DNA of 64,000 bases. Origin: a virus. This document shows positions 20,615 through 28,869 of the stretch, in pieces. The notes under the pieces are model-generated. The model worked only from the letters and a program-made list of their open reading frames with translations. It searched no databases and was not told the DNA's origin. The DNA is taken from positions 39,801 to 103,800 of the IMG/VR virus record IMGVR_UViG_3300012936_000003. One strand, 5' to 3'. A program made the translations under genes and the position numbers. The stretch's first letter is position 1. The number at the start of each line of letters is the position of its first letter.

Positions 20615-21636
20615 TTAAAAATATAGCCAACTCTGTACTTGCAACAACACTTTTCTTATCAGGTTGTGTTACAGATTATGCTGTGGTCGCCCCCAAAGAA
20701 TATATTGAAGTTGTGGTTGAAGTGGAAGTGCCCGTAGAGGATACCGGAGACCACGGGTGGGACGGCGATGTTTGGGTAGATCATTTCTACCAATCAGCAT
20801 CTATGGACGGTATTGATATTCTATGGGTTATTGATCGTTCCGGTTCAATGGACATACACAATACCAGATTATTATTTGGCATTGAATCAATGCTAAACGT
20901 GTTAAACAGTCTACCAATAACAACACAGTGGAGACTCGCCATGATGAGCGCAGATGCAACAAAGAGTGTTAACGAGACACAGTTCCCTTTGACATATGGC
21001 GCAGACATTGTAGATGCAACAGACATGTTCAATGCGATTCTTGTGGGTGGATATGAAGAAGGTTTTGATGCATCATACGAATATATCATAAACAATTCAT
21101 ATTCAAGCACTTGGATGAGAAATGATGCTGCATTATTAATTGTTTTTGTTTCTGATGAACCAGAGCAGAGTTCGGGATTTACAGGAGCGTCTGACTATAT
21201 TAGTTGGCTGACAACACTCGGAAGACCACAAGTATATGTATCAAGCATTGTAAATCTTAAACCAGACGACTCAACATGCAATGGCTTAATGAGTAATGTA
21301 GGTACAGAATATATTGATGCTACAAACATGCTTAGTGGGGTTGTCGTAGACATATGTTCTGAAGATTGGAGTCCCGGCATGACAGATGCAGCAAACCAGC
21401 TAGAACCAGTGCTAAAATTCAAACTCTCTCACGAGCCATACGAAGACTCTATTGAGGTCTTTGTGGATGGTCAAATTTATGACAAAACTTTGTGGTATTA
21501 TGAATCTTCTATCAACAGCGTGATATTTACTGCGACCGATAGTGCTGGTGAACTAATAGGACCACCAGCTAGTTCTCTAGTGGAGGTTGGATATGTATAT
21601 GAAAAAGATGATGAAGAAAGCGACACAGGCAATTAA
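20611..21636 (+). CDS. vWA-domain lipoprotein
   Basis: Lipobox LSGC; MIDAS DILWVIDRSGSM; VFVSDE. Confidence 0.8.
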   Translation: MIKNIANSVLATTLFLSGCVTDYAVVAPKEYIEVVVEVEVPVEDTGDHGWDGDVWVDHFYQSASMDGIDILWVIDRSGSMDIHNTRLLFGIESMLNVLNSLPITTQWRLAMMSADATKSVNETQFPLTYGADIVDATDMFNAILVGGYEEGFDASYEYIINNSYSSTWMRNDAALLIVFVSDEPEQSSGFTGASDYISWLTTLGRPQVYVSSIVNLKPDDSTCNGLMSNVGTEYIDATNMLSGVVVDICSEDWSPGMTDAANQLEPVLKFKLSHEPYEDSIEVFVDGQIYDKTLWYYESSINSVIFTATDSAGELIGPPASSLVEVGYVYEKDDEESDTGN

Positions 21637-21733
21637 AAACGTTGGAGCTTTTTCAGCAGGAATGTTTGTAGGGACAGTTTACGGCTCAGTGGTTGCCGCA
21701 ATTACTTCATACGCCGTTCTATCTACTTTCTAA
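21611..21733 (+). CDS. Small membrane peptide (40 aa, not in ORF track)
   Basis: MKKATQAIKNVGAFSAGMFVGTVYGSVVAAITSYAVLSTF. Confidence 0.45.
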   Translation: MKKATQAIKNVGAFSAGMFVGTVYGSVVAAITSYAVLSTF

Positions 21734-22235
21734 ACCCTACAAGATAAGGTAGCCATTTCTCGTGTACCTTTTCCTTTTCAATAATATGAAACATCTGTGA
21801 GCTTGGCTGCATCGGCTGTTTTAATGGTTGCATACCTGCTTGAAATGGGAGCTTATCTCCCTTTATTTGGTTACACTTTTTACAGCACGTCACAATGTTC
21901 TCCCATGTCTTTGGACCGCCCTTGCTTCTGGGTGTCACGTGATCCAAGGTAAGTTTGTCTGTTGGGAATTGACCTCCACAATATTGACAAACGTTTCCAT
22001 CTCGCCAGAAAACATTCTTTCTATTACACTTCAGAGTTAATTTGTCCCTTTTGATATATCTGTTTAGGGAGACAACACTGGGTACTGGGAATTTTTCATA
22101 AGCAGAGTGTATAAACTCATCGTCATAAACTTCAACTATGTTTGCACGCCCCATATATATTAAACAGAAAGCCTCAAAAGAATTAATTATCTGAACAGGT
22201 CTGTATGATGAGTCTAATTTTAAAGTTCTTCTCAT
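21723..22235 (-). CDS. HNH endonuclease (McrA-like)
   Basis: RD..CQYCG..TLDHVTPRSKGG..WENIVTCC..CN. Confidence 0.9.
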   Translation of the reverse strand: MRRTLKLDSSYRPVQIINSFEAFCLIYMGRANIVEVYDDEFIHSAYEKFPVPSVVSLNRYIKRDKLTLKCNRKNVFWRDGNVCQYCGGQFPTDKLTLDHVTPRSKGGPKTWENIVTCCKKCNQIKGDKLPFQAGMQPLKQPMQPSSQMFHIIEKEKVHEKWLPYLVGFRK

Positions 22236-22252
22236 CCAAACCTCCTGTTAAT

Positions 22253-22504
22253 TCAACGAACAATTTCAACATCAACTACGTCAGTGTCTGTCTCAATCCA
22301 AACTTTAGCTCCGCAACTTAAAGGCTTTTTGGAATTATACACTACCTTGGCGACAAGCTCGCCGTCCTTATTCTTGATGTGGACTTCTTTAGCGTATTTA
22401 TTTTCCTTATACGTCTTTACAGATATTACTGGATATGTTTCTGAGTTTAAAGTATTGTTTTTCCTAATGTTGTGTGCATTAACATGTATAACTTTTTTCA
22501 TCAT
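22253..22504 (-). CDS. Hypothetical phage protein
   Basis: 83 aa, [16 protein letters not shown]. Confidence 0.6.
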   Translation of the reverse strand: MMKKVIHVNAHNIRKNNTLNSETYPVISVKTYKENKYAKEVHIKNKDGELVAKVVYNSKKPLSCGAKVWIETDTDVVDVEIVR

Positions 22505-22515
22505 ATTTTCCTAAG

Positions 22516-22592
<77 letters not shown>

Positions 22593-22638
22593 ATAAATTG
22601 GCTGGGGTGAGGTAATTCCCATCACCCCTTGCCAAACT

Positions 22639-23253
22639 CTAGATAATCTCGTCAATCAGTCCATAACTTAAACACTTTTCTGCGTCCCACCACAGGTCAT
22701 GTTTAAGAATCTTATCTAGTTCTTTTTTTGGAATCTTTGTGTGTTCTTCATAAATTTCTTTAATGACCTTCATGAAATTGTCACAGTTTTCCATGTCATC
22801 TTTAATTTCTTCATACTTCCCCCAAAAACCGGAAGAAAGCTGATGAATAAGCATATAGGCGTGTTTATGCATCTGGCGATGACTGGCACATACACTCATA
22901 ATAGTACCAGCAGATGCAGCGCATCCATCAATAACTGATGTTACTGGTGTCTTTGATTTTAGAATATAATCAGAAGAAGATAATCCAGCAAAAACACTTC
23001 CACCGTATGAATTGATGTGTACAAAGATTCTTCCGGGATCTGTGCTTAGGGCGACAGCCCTGTTCTGAAGACTTACGTCTAGACTATGTAATGCCTTATT
23101 AAGTTCTAGGTTCTTAGCCCTGCTTACTTCTGAATAAAAATAGATTCTGTTATTGACAGTCTCTACCCTGTTGTTATCATCTGAAGAAGCATTTTCAGAT
23201 CCGCAAATTGCAGATTCTTTCTTTGAACTTAACCAGTGAATATCTTTTTTCAT
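22639..23253 (-). CDS. clpP: ClpP-like protease subunit
   Basis: INSYGGSV, GCAASAG (Ser), MLIHQ (His), GLIDEII. Confidence 0.88.
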   Translation of the reverse strand: MKKDIHWLSSKKESAICGSENASSDDNNRVETVNNRIYFYSEVSRAKNLELNKALHSLDVSLQNRAVALSTDPGRIFVHINSYGGSVFAGLSSSDYILKSKTPVTSVIDGCAASAGTIMSVCASHRQMHKHAYMLIHQLSSGFWGKYEEIKDDMENCDNFMKVIKEIYEEHTKIPKKELDKILKHDLWWDAEKCLSYGLIDEII

Positions 23254-23280
23254 CGTTTCTCCTTATTGTCGTTGAAAAAG

Positions 23281-23357
23281 TGGCACGCCCGAGAGGACTT
23301 GAACCTCTAACCCTCGGTTTAGAAGACCGATGCTCTATCCAGTTGAGCTACGGGCGC
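23281..23357 (-). tRNA. tRNA-Arg(TCT)
   Basis: GCGCCCG..TCGGT-CT-TCT-AA-ACCGA..GGTTCAAGTCC..CCA. Confidence 0.95.
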
Positions 23358-23370
23358 ATATCTTTCTATT

Positions 23371-23399
23371 AATATAACACGAGTTGCAGCAATTGTCAA
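23371..23399 (-). promoter_or_regulatory. Sigma70 promoter for tRNA-Arg/clpP/tRNA-Pro
   Basis: TTGACA-17-TATATT. Confidence 0.75.
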
Positions 23400-23403
23400 A
23401 TAA

Positions 23404-23444
23404 AAAAACTACCTTACAGACAAAAAATCTCATAAGGTAGTTTT
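23404..23444. terminator. Inverted repeat / probable terminator
   Basis: AAAACTACCTTA..TAAGGTAGTTTT. Confidence 0.55.
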
Positions 23445-23471
23445 CAAAAGTTCGGACATCAAAGAATTTAA

Positions 23472-23642
23472 TTATTCTTCTTCTACAGCGTCTTTAGCTT
23501 TTCCTAGTAGCTTCGCAACTGATGCACGAAGTTTTCCCACAGGACTAATCATGTGCTCTAAAATAAGACCGGTGCTTAGACCAATGGTCAGAGTAATTGA
23601 ATGAGCGGCTACGAATTCTACAATTTGGTTTAAAGTTTCCAT
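23472..23642 (-). CDS. Small membrane protein
   Basis: METLNQ.. with GAGG RBS just 3' of tmRNA; one hydrophobic helix. Confidence 0.55.
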   Translation of the reverse strand: METLNQIVEFVAAHSITLTIGLSTGLILEHMISPVGKLRASVAKLLGKAKDAVEEE

Positions 23643-23662
23643 AATAGTTTCCTCTTTTTTGT

Positions 23663-24031
23663 TGGTGGAGGTGGTGGGAGTTGAACCCACGTCCGCAATA
23701 GTTTTAATATCAAGTCATTCACAAGTTTATTTAGTTTACTATCACAAACTAACAAAGATAGACAGAAAATCCCGGTGCTTACTGCCCTGTTGCACTCCAC
23801 CTATAAATAGGGAACCATTTTGGTTTTGTTTGTTTCAGTGGAACCACCCACTTAATCAGCTTTGGTTACAAGGTTGCTGATCACCCCGTCGCATCAATAC
23901 TGTTTAAGCAGCAAGTGCGAAGTCAACGTTGTCGTTGGCATTTAAAGTTTTGCTACACTGTCAAGCTATGTGTTGCCGTTAGCTACTTGCACTCTCAACC
24001 TCTACTACCCCGTCAAATCCACGTCACCCCC
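23663..24031 (-). ncRNA. ssrA: tmRNA, tag (A)ANDNVDFALAA
   Basis: Acceptor GGGGGTG/CACCTCC-ACCA with G3:U; T-arm GGTTCAACTCC; tag frame 23939-23904 after TAAAT. Confidence 0.95.
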
Positions 24032-24358
24032 GTTAATGTATTGTTCAATATTGAACTTCTTATATAGTTGTCTGAATCTTTTTGGTGTGAGACCCAAGAA
24101 CCTACTTGCTTCTGATTTTGTCTTAGCAGAAGACACCGCAAATAATAGTAGTGATTCTTTGATCATGTCTTGAAGTGAATACCATATTGGAAAACCATAG
24201 AACTTATTACCTGCTGCTCTAGCACTTAGTTCTAGCTTCATGGCGATGATTTCTTCAAGAGTTAGTGAGTTTAGTAATACTTCTAAATCATATGAGAGTC
24301 TTTTCTCTTTTTTTAGTTTCCTAATTAGAGAAAATCTCTTTACATTATTTGAAGACAT
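24005..24358 (-). CDS. Fis-like helix-turn-helix protein
   Basis: TKSEASRFLGLTPKRFRQLYKKFNI; 3' end overlaps tmRNA. Confidence 0.65.
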   Translation of the reverse strand: MSSNNVKRFSLIRKLKKEKRLSYDLEVLLNSLTLEEIIAMKLELSARAAGNKFYGFPIWYSLQDMIKESLLLFAVSSAKTKSEASRFLGLTPKRFRQLYKKFNIEQYINGGDVDLTG

Positions 24359-24370
24359 TAGTATACCAAC

Positions 24371-24643
24371 TTATTCTTCTTCGGATTGAGCTTCTTCTTC
24401 AACAGGCTGTTCTTCTGCCTGTGGTTCCTCTTGTGCTTCTTCTGCTTCCACAACTTCTTCTTGTGGTGCAGCTTCAACCTCAACAGGTTTCACAGACTTT
24501 GCCTTGCGTCTCCTTTTTGGTTCAGCTTTAGGTTTTTCTTCAACCTTAGCTTCTACCTTTGGAGCCTCTGCAACTTGAACCGCCTCTTGAGACGCTGCTC
24601 TTTTATTTGCTTTCTTTAGTCTTCTTACTCTTGGACTAGGCAT
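24371..24643 (-). CDS. Low-complexity basic/acidic protein
   Basis: 90 aa K/E/A-rich with AAGGAG RBS. Confidence 0.55.
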   Translation of the reverse strand: MPSPRVRRLKKANKRAASQEAVQVAEAPKVEAKVEEKPKAEPKRRRKAKSVKPVEVEAAPQEEVVEAEEAQEEPQAEEQPVEEEAQSEEE

Positions 24644-24695
24644 CGTTTTGTTCTCCTTTTTTTTCTTTTCTCTTTACTATCTTTGTATAGTTAAG

Positions 24696-24724
24696 ATTAT
24701 AGCATATTTTTTTTCAGATGTTAA
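24696..24724 (-). promoter_or_regulatory. Sigma70 promoter of the HTH-tmRNA operon
   Basis: TTAACA-17-TATAAT with extended TG. Confidence 0.7.
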
Positions 24725-24750
24725 ATAAAACACGAAAATTTTACCATTTT

Positions 24751-25623
24751 TTACAGATCTAGATCTAACTCGTCATCGGCTTCTGCATCATCCCCTAAAT
24801 CTAGTTCATCACCCCCTTCATCGGATGCTGCTTCTTCACCTTCTTCTCTATCTGCTTCTTGGCTATCCTTTTCTGTTTCATACTCTGAAGTAGTCGGCTC
24901 GGGTAACACACTCGCCAACTCGTCCTCAAACTTGTCAAAATAAAGTTTAAGGTTCGTTAGTAAGTAGTCGTAAAATAATTCTCTGTCCTCATCTGCGGAA
25001 AGTAAACCGTAAGCATCAATAATACTTTTCTCAACTCTTTCAAATGCATGGAATGCCATGTTCCTTCCGGTCTCGTCGCCATCAGTACCTGCACCAAACT
25101 TTTCCTCGTCGCTAAGTTCTTCATCACCTTCGCTTCCCGAGTCGTCAATATCAATAAATGCTTCTTCGTCTGGTGACTCTCCTCCGAGTTCGTCCGCTGG
25201 CTCCTCACCAACGTTCAATTCAATTTCTTCTTCGTTAATATCAATTGCTCGCTCTTTTTCTTCTTCTGTCTCTGCCTCGGCTGATGCTTTAGTAGGAGCC
25301 AATGCATTCTGAACTGCGTTGATAATATGTGAGCGGAAAGACTCTCTCTGATCTTCAGAGGTTGTCAATTTTTTATATTCTTGTTCTAGTTGAGGAACGA
25401 TTTTCTTTAGCAAATCCTCAAGGACGTTAATGCCTGTTGATTTGTGTGGGGTCTTCTCGTCAGATTCAGAAATTAGTTTCTTTACTATAGCCCTAAGTTT
25501 TCTCTCCTCCACGAGAGTGCTTCGTCTCGTTACGGATTTAGCCTCATAAACTTTTTCAATAGCTTGCCTAAGATTCATTCTTAGTTTGTATTCTTCAATC
25601 AATTCGTTTCTATCAATAATCAT
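24751..25623 (-). CDS. Acidic protein, possible head scaffold/internal protein
   Basis: Very acidic; LRAIVKKLISE-type segment. Confidence 0.5.
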   Translation of the reverse strand: MIIDRNELIEEYKLRMNLRQAIEKVYEAKSVTRRSTLVEERKLRAIVKKLISESDEKTPHKSTGINVLEDLLKKIVPQLEQEYKKLTTSEDQRESFRSHIINAVQNALAPTKASAEAETEEEKERAIDINEEEIELNVGEEPADELGGESPDEEAFIDIDDSGSEGDEELSDEEKFGAGTDGDETGRNMAFHAFERVEKSIIDAYGLLSADEDRELFYDYLLTNLKLYFDKFEDELASVLPEPTTSEYETEKDSQEADREEGEEAASDEGGDELDLGDDAEADDELDLDL

Positions 25624-25625
25624 CT

Positions 25626-28580
25626 TTAAGCTCCTACGTTATATGTCTTCTGGCTACCGCCCCCGAAATTATCTGTCCTGAATTCGTCTTTTCTCATGAC
25701 AGTGATAATTTTAATTTTGTCTGGACCTTTCTTCATATCCAAGGCAGCAATAACGTTTAGTGCTGGAACCTTGTTTGACTTACCCTTCATTCTAATGTGA
25801 AAGGCTTCCCCATTCTCAATTTCTCCGTTGGCGTAATCATTCATAATTAGTCCCAGAGATCTGTCAACAGCCGAAATAATAGCATCTTTTGAAATTTTAT
25901 GACCACCACCTCCGGGCTTCGTATGTCTGAATCTTCTTTCTTCACCGTGTTTTGATGGGATTAGTTCCATGTCTTCAATATCAAGAATAACGGAACCAAC
26001 TTTTAGAACTTTTGATTGTCCACCAAAGTTCTCATACCCCTCTTGTAGTAGAATGTCTTCAAGGATTTCGTTAACCACATTCTCATCAACCATTGATTTG
26101 TAGCTGACTTTTGGAAATTCATTCGCCATGGAAATAAAATCTTCAAAGTTCGCTTTAACACGAACGCTCTTGATAGTGTTCTTTGAATCATCAACTAGAA
26201 GCGCAAACCACCTGTGGTGTCCGTCAACCAAATAATCATCTTCTGTGACAAGAACAGGTTTTGAATTTGAGAGTTCGTCAATAGATTTCTTAGCCAACAT
26301 GCCCTTCACCTTATCAACATTAATCTTTGATTGTGAAGGTTTTAGATCATCAACGGTCATGGCGACAGTTTTTGAATCTACACCCTTGTTAGTTTTTAAC
26401 CATTGCACGAATTCTGTCATATCGCTAGATTTAATTTGAGGCATCTCCTCTCTTGGAATTCCAACATCGGTTTCTACATCAATTTGATCGGATTCTTCTT
26501 CCAATTCTTCTTCTTCGTCCCATGGGTCATATTTGTTTGTCCTCTTTGAGACTCCAACACTGCCTTGCACACCGACAACACTCCCACAACCACCAGAGAC
26601 ATTTAATTCTTCTAGGCTTTCTGAAATAAGCTGGATGATTAAACGTGAGGATTCTTGGATTTCTTCTTTATCTTTTGGTGTTAGTTTATTCATTAGTGAT
26701 TCTGCTTCGCCCTTTAAGGAGTCTGGTAAATATTCAGTAAACGTTTCAATATCACCTGATGAGATAGCAGACCTCATAGTGCTTGCACTTAAAGGCTCTC
26801 CCGTGCGGGAGTCTGTGAATGCACCGCCCGATACATTAACTGTGTATTCTGGACCTGCTAAAACGGTAACGCCTTCGGCAGCATATTTCTGCGCCTTGTC
26901 ACTGAAGCGACTGTCGTCTCCCCCTTTGTTAGAAACACCGAGCACGACCGACTCTCCGGGTTGTGCCCAATCTGGGTTCTGTTCTTCGTTGGCTACAAAC
27001 TTAAACGTTGCCCCAACGGGAGAATTAACCGGAGACTCTAGAACCTTTACATTTGTCAACCCTGCTGAGTTCAGATAAGGTTGCCAAAGCTGATAAGCCA
27101 TGTCAAACCCCATTTCTCTGCCGTCGTCTAGTTTTCTCGGCAACGGAGACATAAATACAATAACACGCTTCGCCATCTTTGCATATTCTGCAACCATAGC
27201 TAGATGACCACGGTGAGGTGGCTTAAACGCCCCCGGTACAACCGCAACATCCACTTCTGCACCTTCTTCACTCAGTACACCAAAATATCTATCGTTATCT
27301 CTCTGTTCCACGTCTTCTTCTTTAACCATGGCGGGAATATCGCCCCTTCCATACTTAAATAGTCCCAAAATCTGGTTTATCGGCGCAAAATTGCCTGTAA
27401 ACTTATAAGTTACCCCATCGTAGTCAAAAACGAAGCCTTCAGATGCTGTAGACACGTTCTCAACAGATTTTAACTTTTTTAAATGTTGATTTAGGATTTT
27501 CATGGCTGCTTCGTTGTTTGAGCCCTCAATTGCGGCGATTGCGGACGATACTTCGCCCCTTAGCCTCTCCACCTCTCTTGTGTTGTCCAAAATGAAGGCA
27601 CTTTGCAACCCACGCAACATTTCAACGGAAAAATCATGAATAATTTCTTCAACAGGTTGAATTGCAGCTTTTCTTAGCTCTTTTTCGCTTTTAATGATGG
27701 CTCTTACGATTTCTTTCTGTTCTCTGTCCAAACCTTTGACAACTTGAGTGAATTTTGTTCCATCTTTCATAAGTCGCCTGATAATAAGCTGGTGTACAGC
27801 CTCATCAACGCCCGGAGCGGATTGTTGGACGTGAGGCTTCAATCTTTCAATCATCCACTGGTTAATTGTAGCGGTATCTGAGAGCCCCACGGAAGTCACA
27901 GCGGAATCTAGTGAGTCAATGGCATCCTGAAGTGCTTCATCGTCCTCAAGAGCCTCTAAGCGCCTCACAGCGTTAATCTGAACAGTATAATCGTCCTCGG
28001 CTGTAGCTTGTTGCATTTGTTCAAGGGCAGATTGCAAAACTTTGGCGTTTGCTGACACATCTTTTGTATTTTCTCCGTCCTTGACCTTCTCGCCGGTAGC
28101 TTTATCGTATTCTGCGTGCCCGACTTGGTGAATCACTAGACTTTTCGTGTCATAGTTAACCACATTCGGAGATCTCGGGTCCATAATCTCTGCATTATAA
28201 TAAATATTTGCATCTGGACCGAATATATTAATTTGTGTTTCTGGATCTAGGGATCTGACAGCTTTTTCAAACGTTTCAAAGGATTCTACGAAGGTTTTAG
28301 TTAGTTCTCCACGACCCTCAAACTTTGCGGCGAGTTCTTCAGCCGTTAAACCGCCTTGTTTGATGTTTCCTTTGTTTCTTGCAGCACGTGCGTTGCCATT
28401 CTGGACCGAATAAGAAATAAAAAGGTTTTGACCGTCTGTTTTTTCGGTTCCTTCAATCTCTCCGTTGGATGCTGCTGTAAATATCTCTTTTATTTTTGCA
28501 AAAGTCAGTTCACCGTTATCATATAGGTGATTCATATGACCCGCAACACCGCCTTCGGTCAAAAAAACGTTCGTGCCCAT
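25626..28580 (-). CDS. Multidomain protein: ATP-dependent ligase-like + HIGH nucleotidyltransferase + ParB/Srx + BECR-like domains
   Basis: EKTDG..EGFVF..YKF; GAFKPPHRGH..LSASTMR; LKPSQ..LVDGHHRW; SKHGEERRFR..IITV. Confidence 0.65.
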   Translation of the reverse strand: MGTNVFLTEGGVAGHMNHLYDNGELTFAKIKEIFTAASNGEIEGTEKTDGQNLFISYSVQNGNARAARNKGNIKQGGLTAEELAAKFEGRGELTKTFVESFETFEKAVRSLDPETQINIFGPDANIYYNAEIMDPRSPNVVNYDTKSLVIHQVGHAEYDKATGEKVKDGENTKDVSANAKVLQSALEQMQQATAEDDYTVQINAVRRLEALEDDEALQDAIDSLDSAVTSVGLSDTATINQWMIERLKPHVQQSAPGVDEAVHQLIIRRLMKDGTKFTQVVKGLDREQKEIVRAIIKSEKELRKAAIQPVEEIIHDFSVEMLRGLQSAFILDNTREVERLRGEVSSAIAAIEGSNNEAAMKILNQHLKKLKSVENVSTASEGFVFDYDGVTYKFTGNFAPINQILGLFKYGRGDIPAMVKEEDVEQRDNDRYFGVLSEEGAEVDVAVVPGAFKPPHRGHLAMVAEYAKMAKRVIVFMSPLPRKLDDGREMGFDMAYQLWQPYLNSAGLTNVKVLESPVNSPVGATFKFVANEEQNPDWAQPGESVVLGVSNKGGDDSRFSDKAQKYAAEGVTVLAGPEYTVNVSGGAFTDSRTGEPLSASTMRSAISSGDIETFTEYLPDSLKGEAESLMNKLTPKDKEEIQESSRLIIQLISESLEELNVSGGCGSVVGVQGSVGVSKRTNKYDPWDEEEELEEESDQIDVETDVGIPREEMPQIKSSDMTEFVQWLKTNKGVDSKTVAMTVDDLKPSQSKINVDKVKGMLAKKSIDELSNSKPVLVTEDDYLVDGHHRWFALLVDDSKNTIKSVRVKANFEDFISMANEFPKVSYKSMVDENVVNEILEDILLQEGYENFGGQSKVLKVGSVILDIEDMELIPSKHGEERRFRHTKPGGGGHKISKDAIISAVDRSLGLIMNDYANGEIENGEAFHIRMKGKSNKVPALNVIAALDMKKGPDKIKIITVMRKDEFRTDNFGGGSQKTYNVGA

Positions 28581-28581
28581 T

Positions 28582-28827
28582 TTACCTGTCCTCTTTAGAC
28601 TCTAATAATTGTTCTTCTAATACTTTTACTTTTTCTTCTAATCTTTTAACACTTTTCTTGATTTCACGCAAGTGATTTTTTGCGATTTCTACCCGTCTCG
28701 CCTCTTTTTGAGTGCGAGGAGATAAACTAAGAATAATTTCCTGCAAAGATTGAATATAACTAGCTAAGCTCGGAGGATTGTGACCCTCGTTTAGAACAAA
28801 TCGTCTTGTAATGTCGTTTAAATTCAT
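28582..28827 (-). CDS. Hypothetical coiled-coil protein
   Basis: 81 aa. Confidence 0.55.
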   Translation of the reverse strand: MNLNDITRRFVLNEGHNPPSLASYIQSLQEIILSLSPRTQKEARRVEIAKNHLREIKKSVKRLEEKVKVLEEQLLESKEDR

Positions 28828-28869
28828 ATCTGTATCCTTTATTTTATCACATTATCTTATCTTTGTAAA

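Noticed and set aside
21723-22235. Homing endonuclease in an intron
   Set aside because: Free-standing McrA-type HNH with no interrupted host gene
23659-24173. Plus-strand ORFs 23659-23880 and 23970-24173, and the 5' extension of ORF 23472-23690
   Set aside because: They overlap the tmRNA; shadow frames
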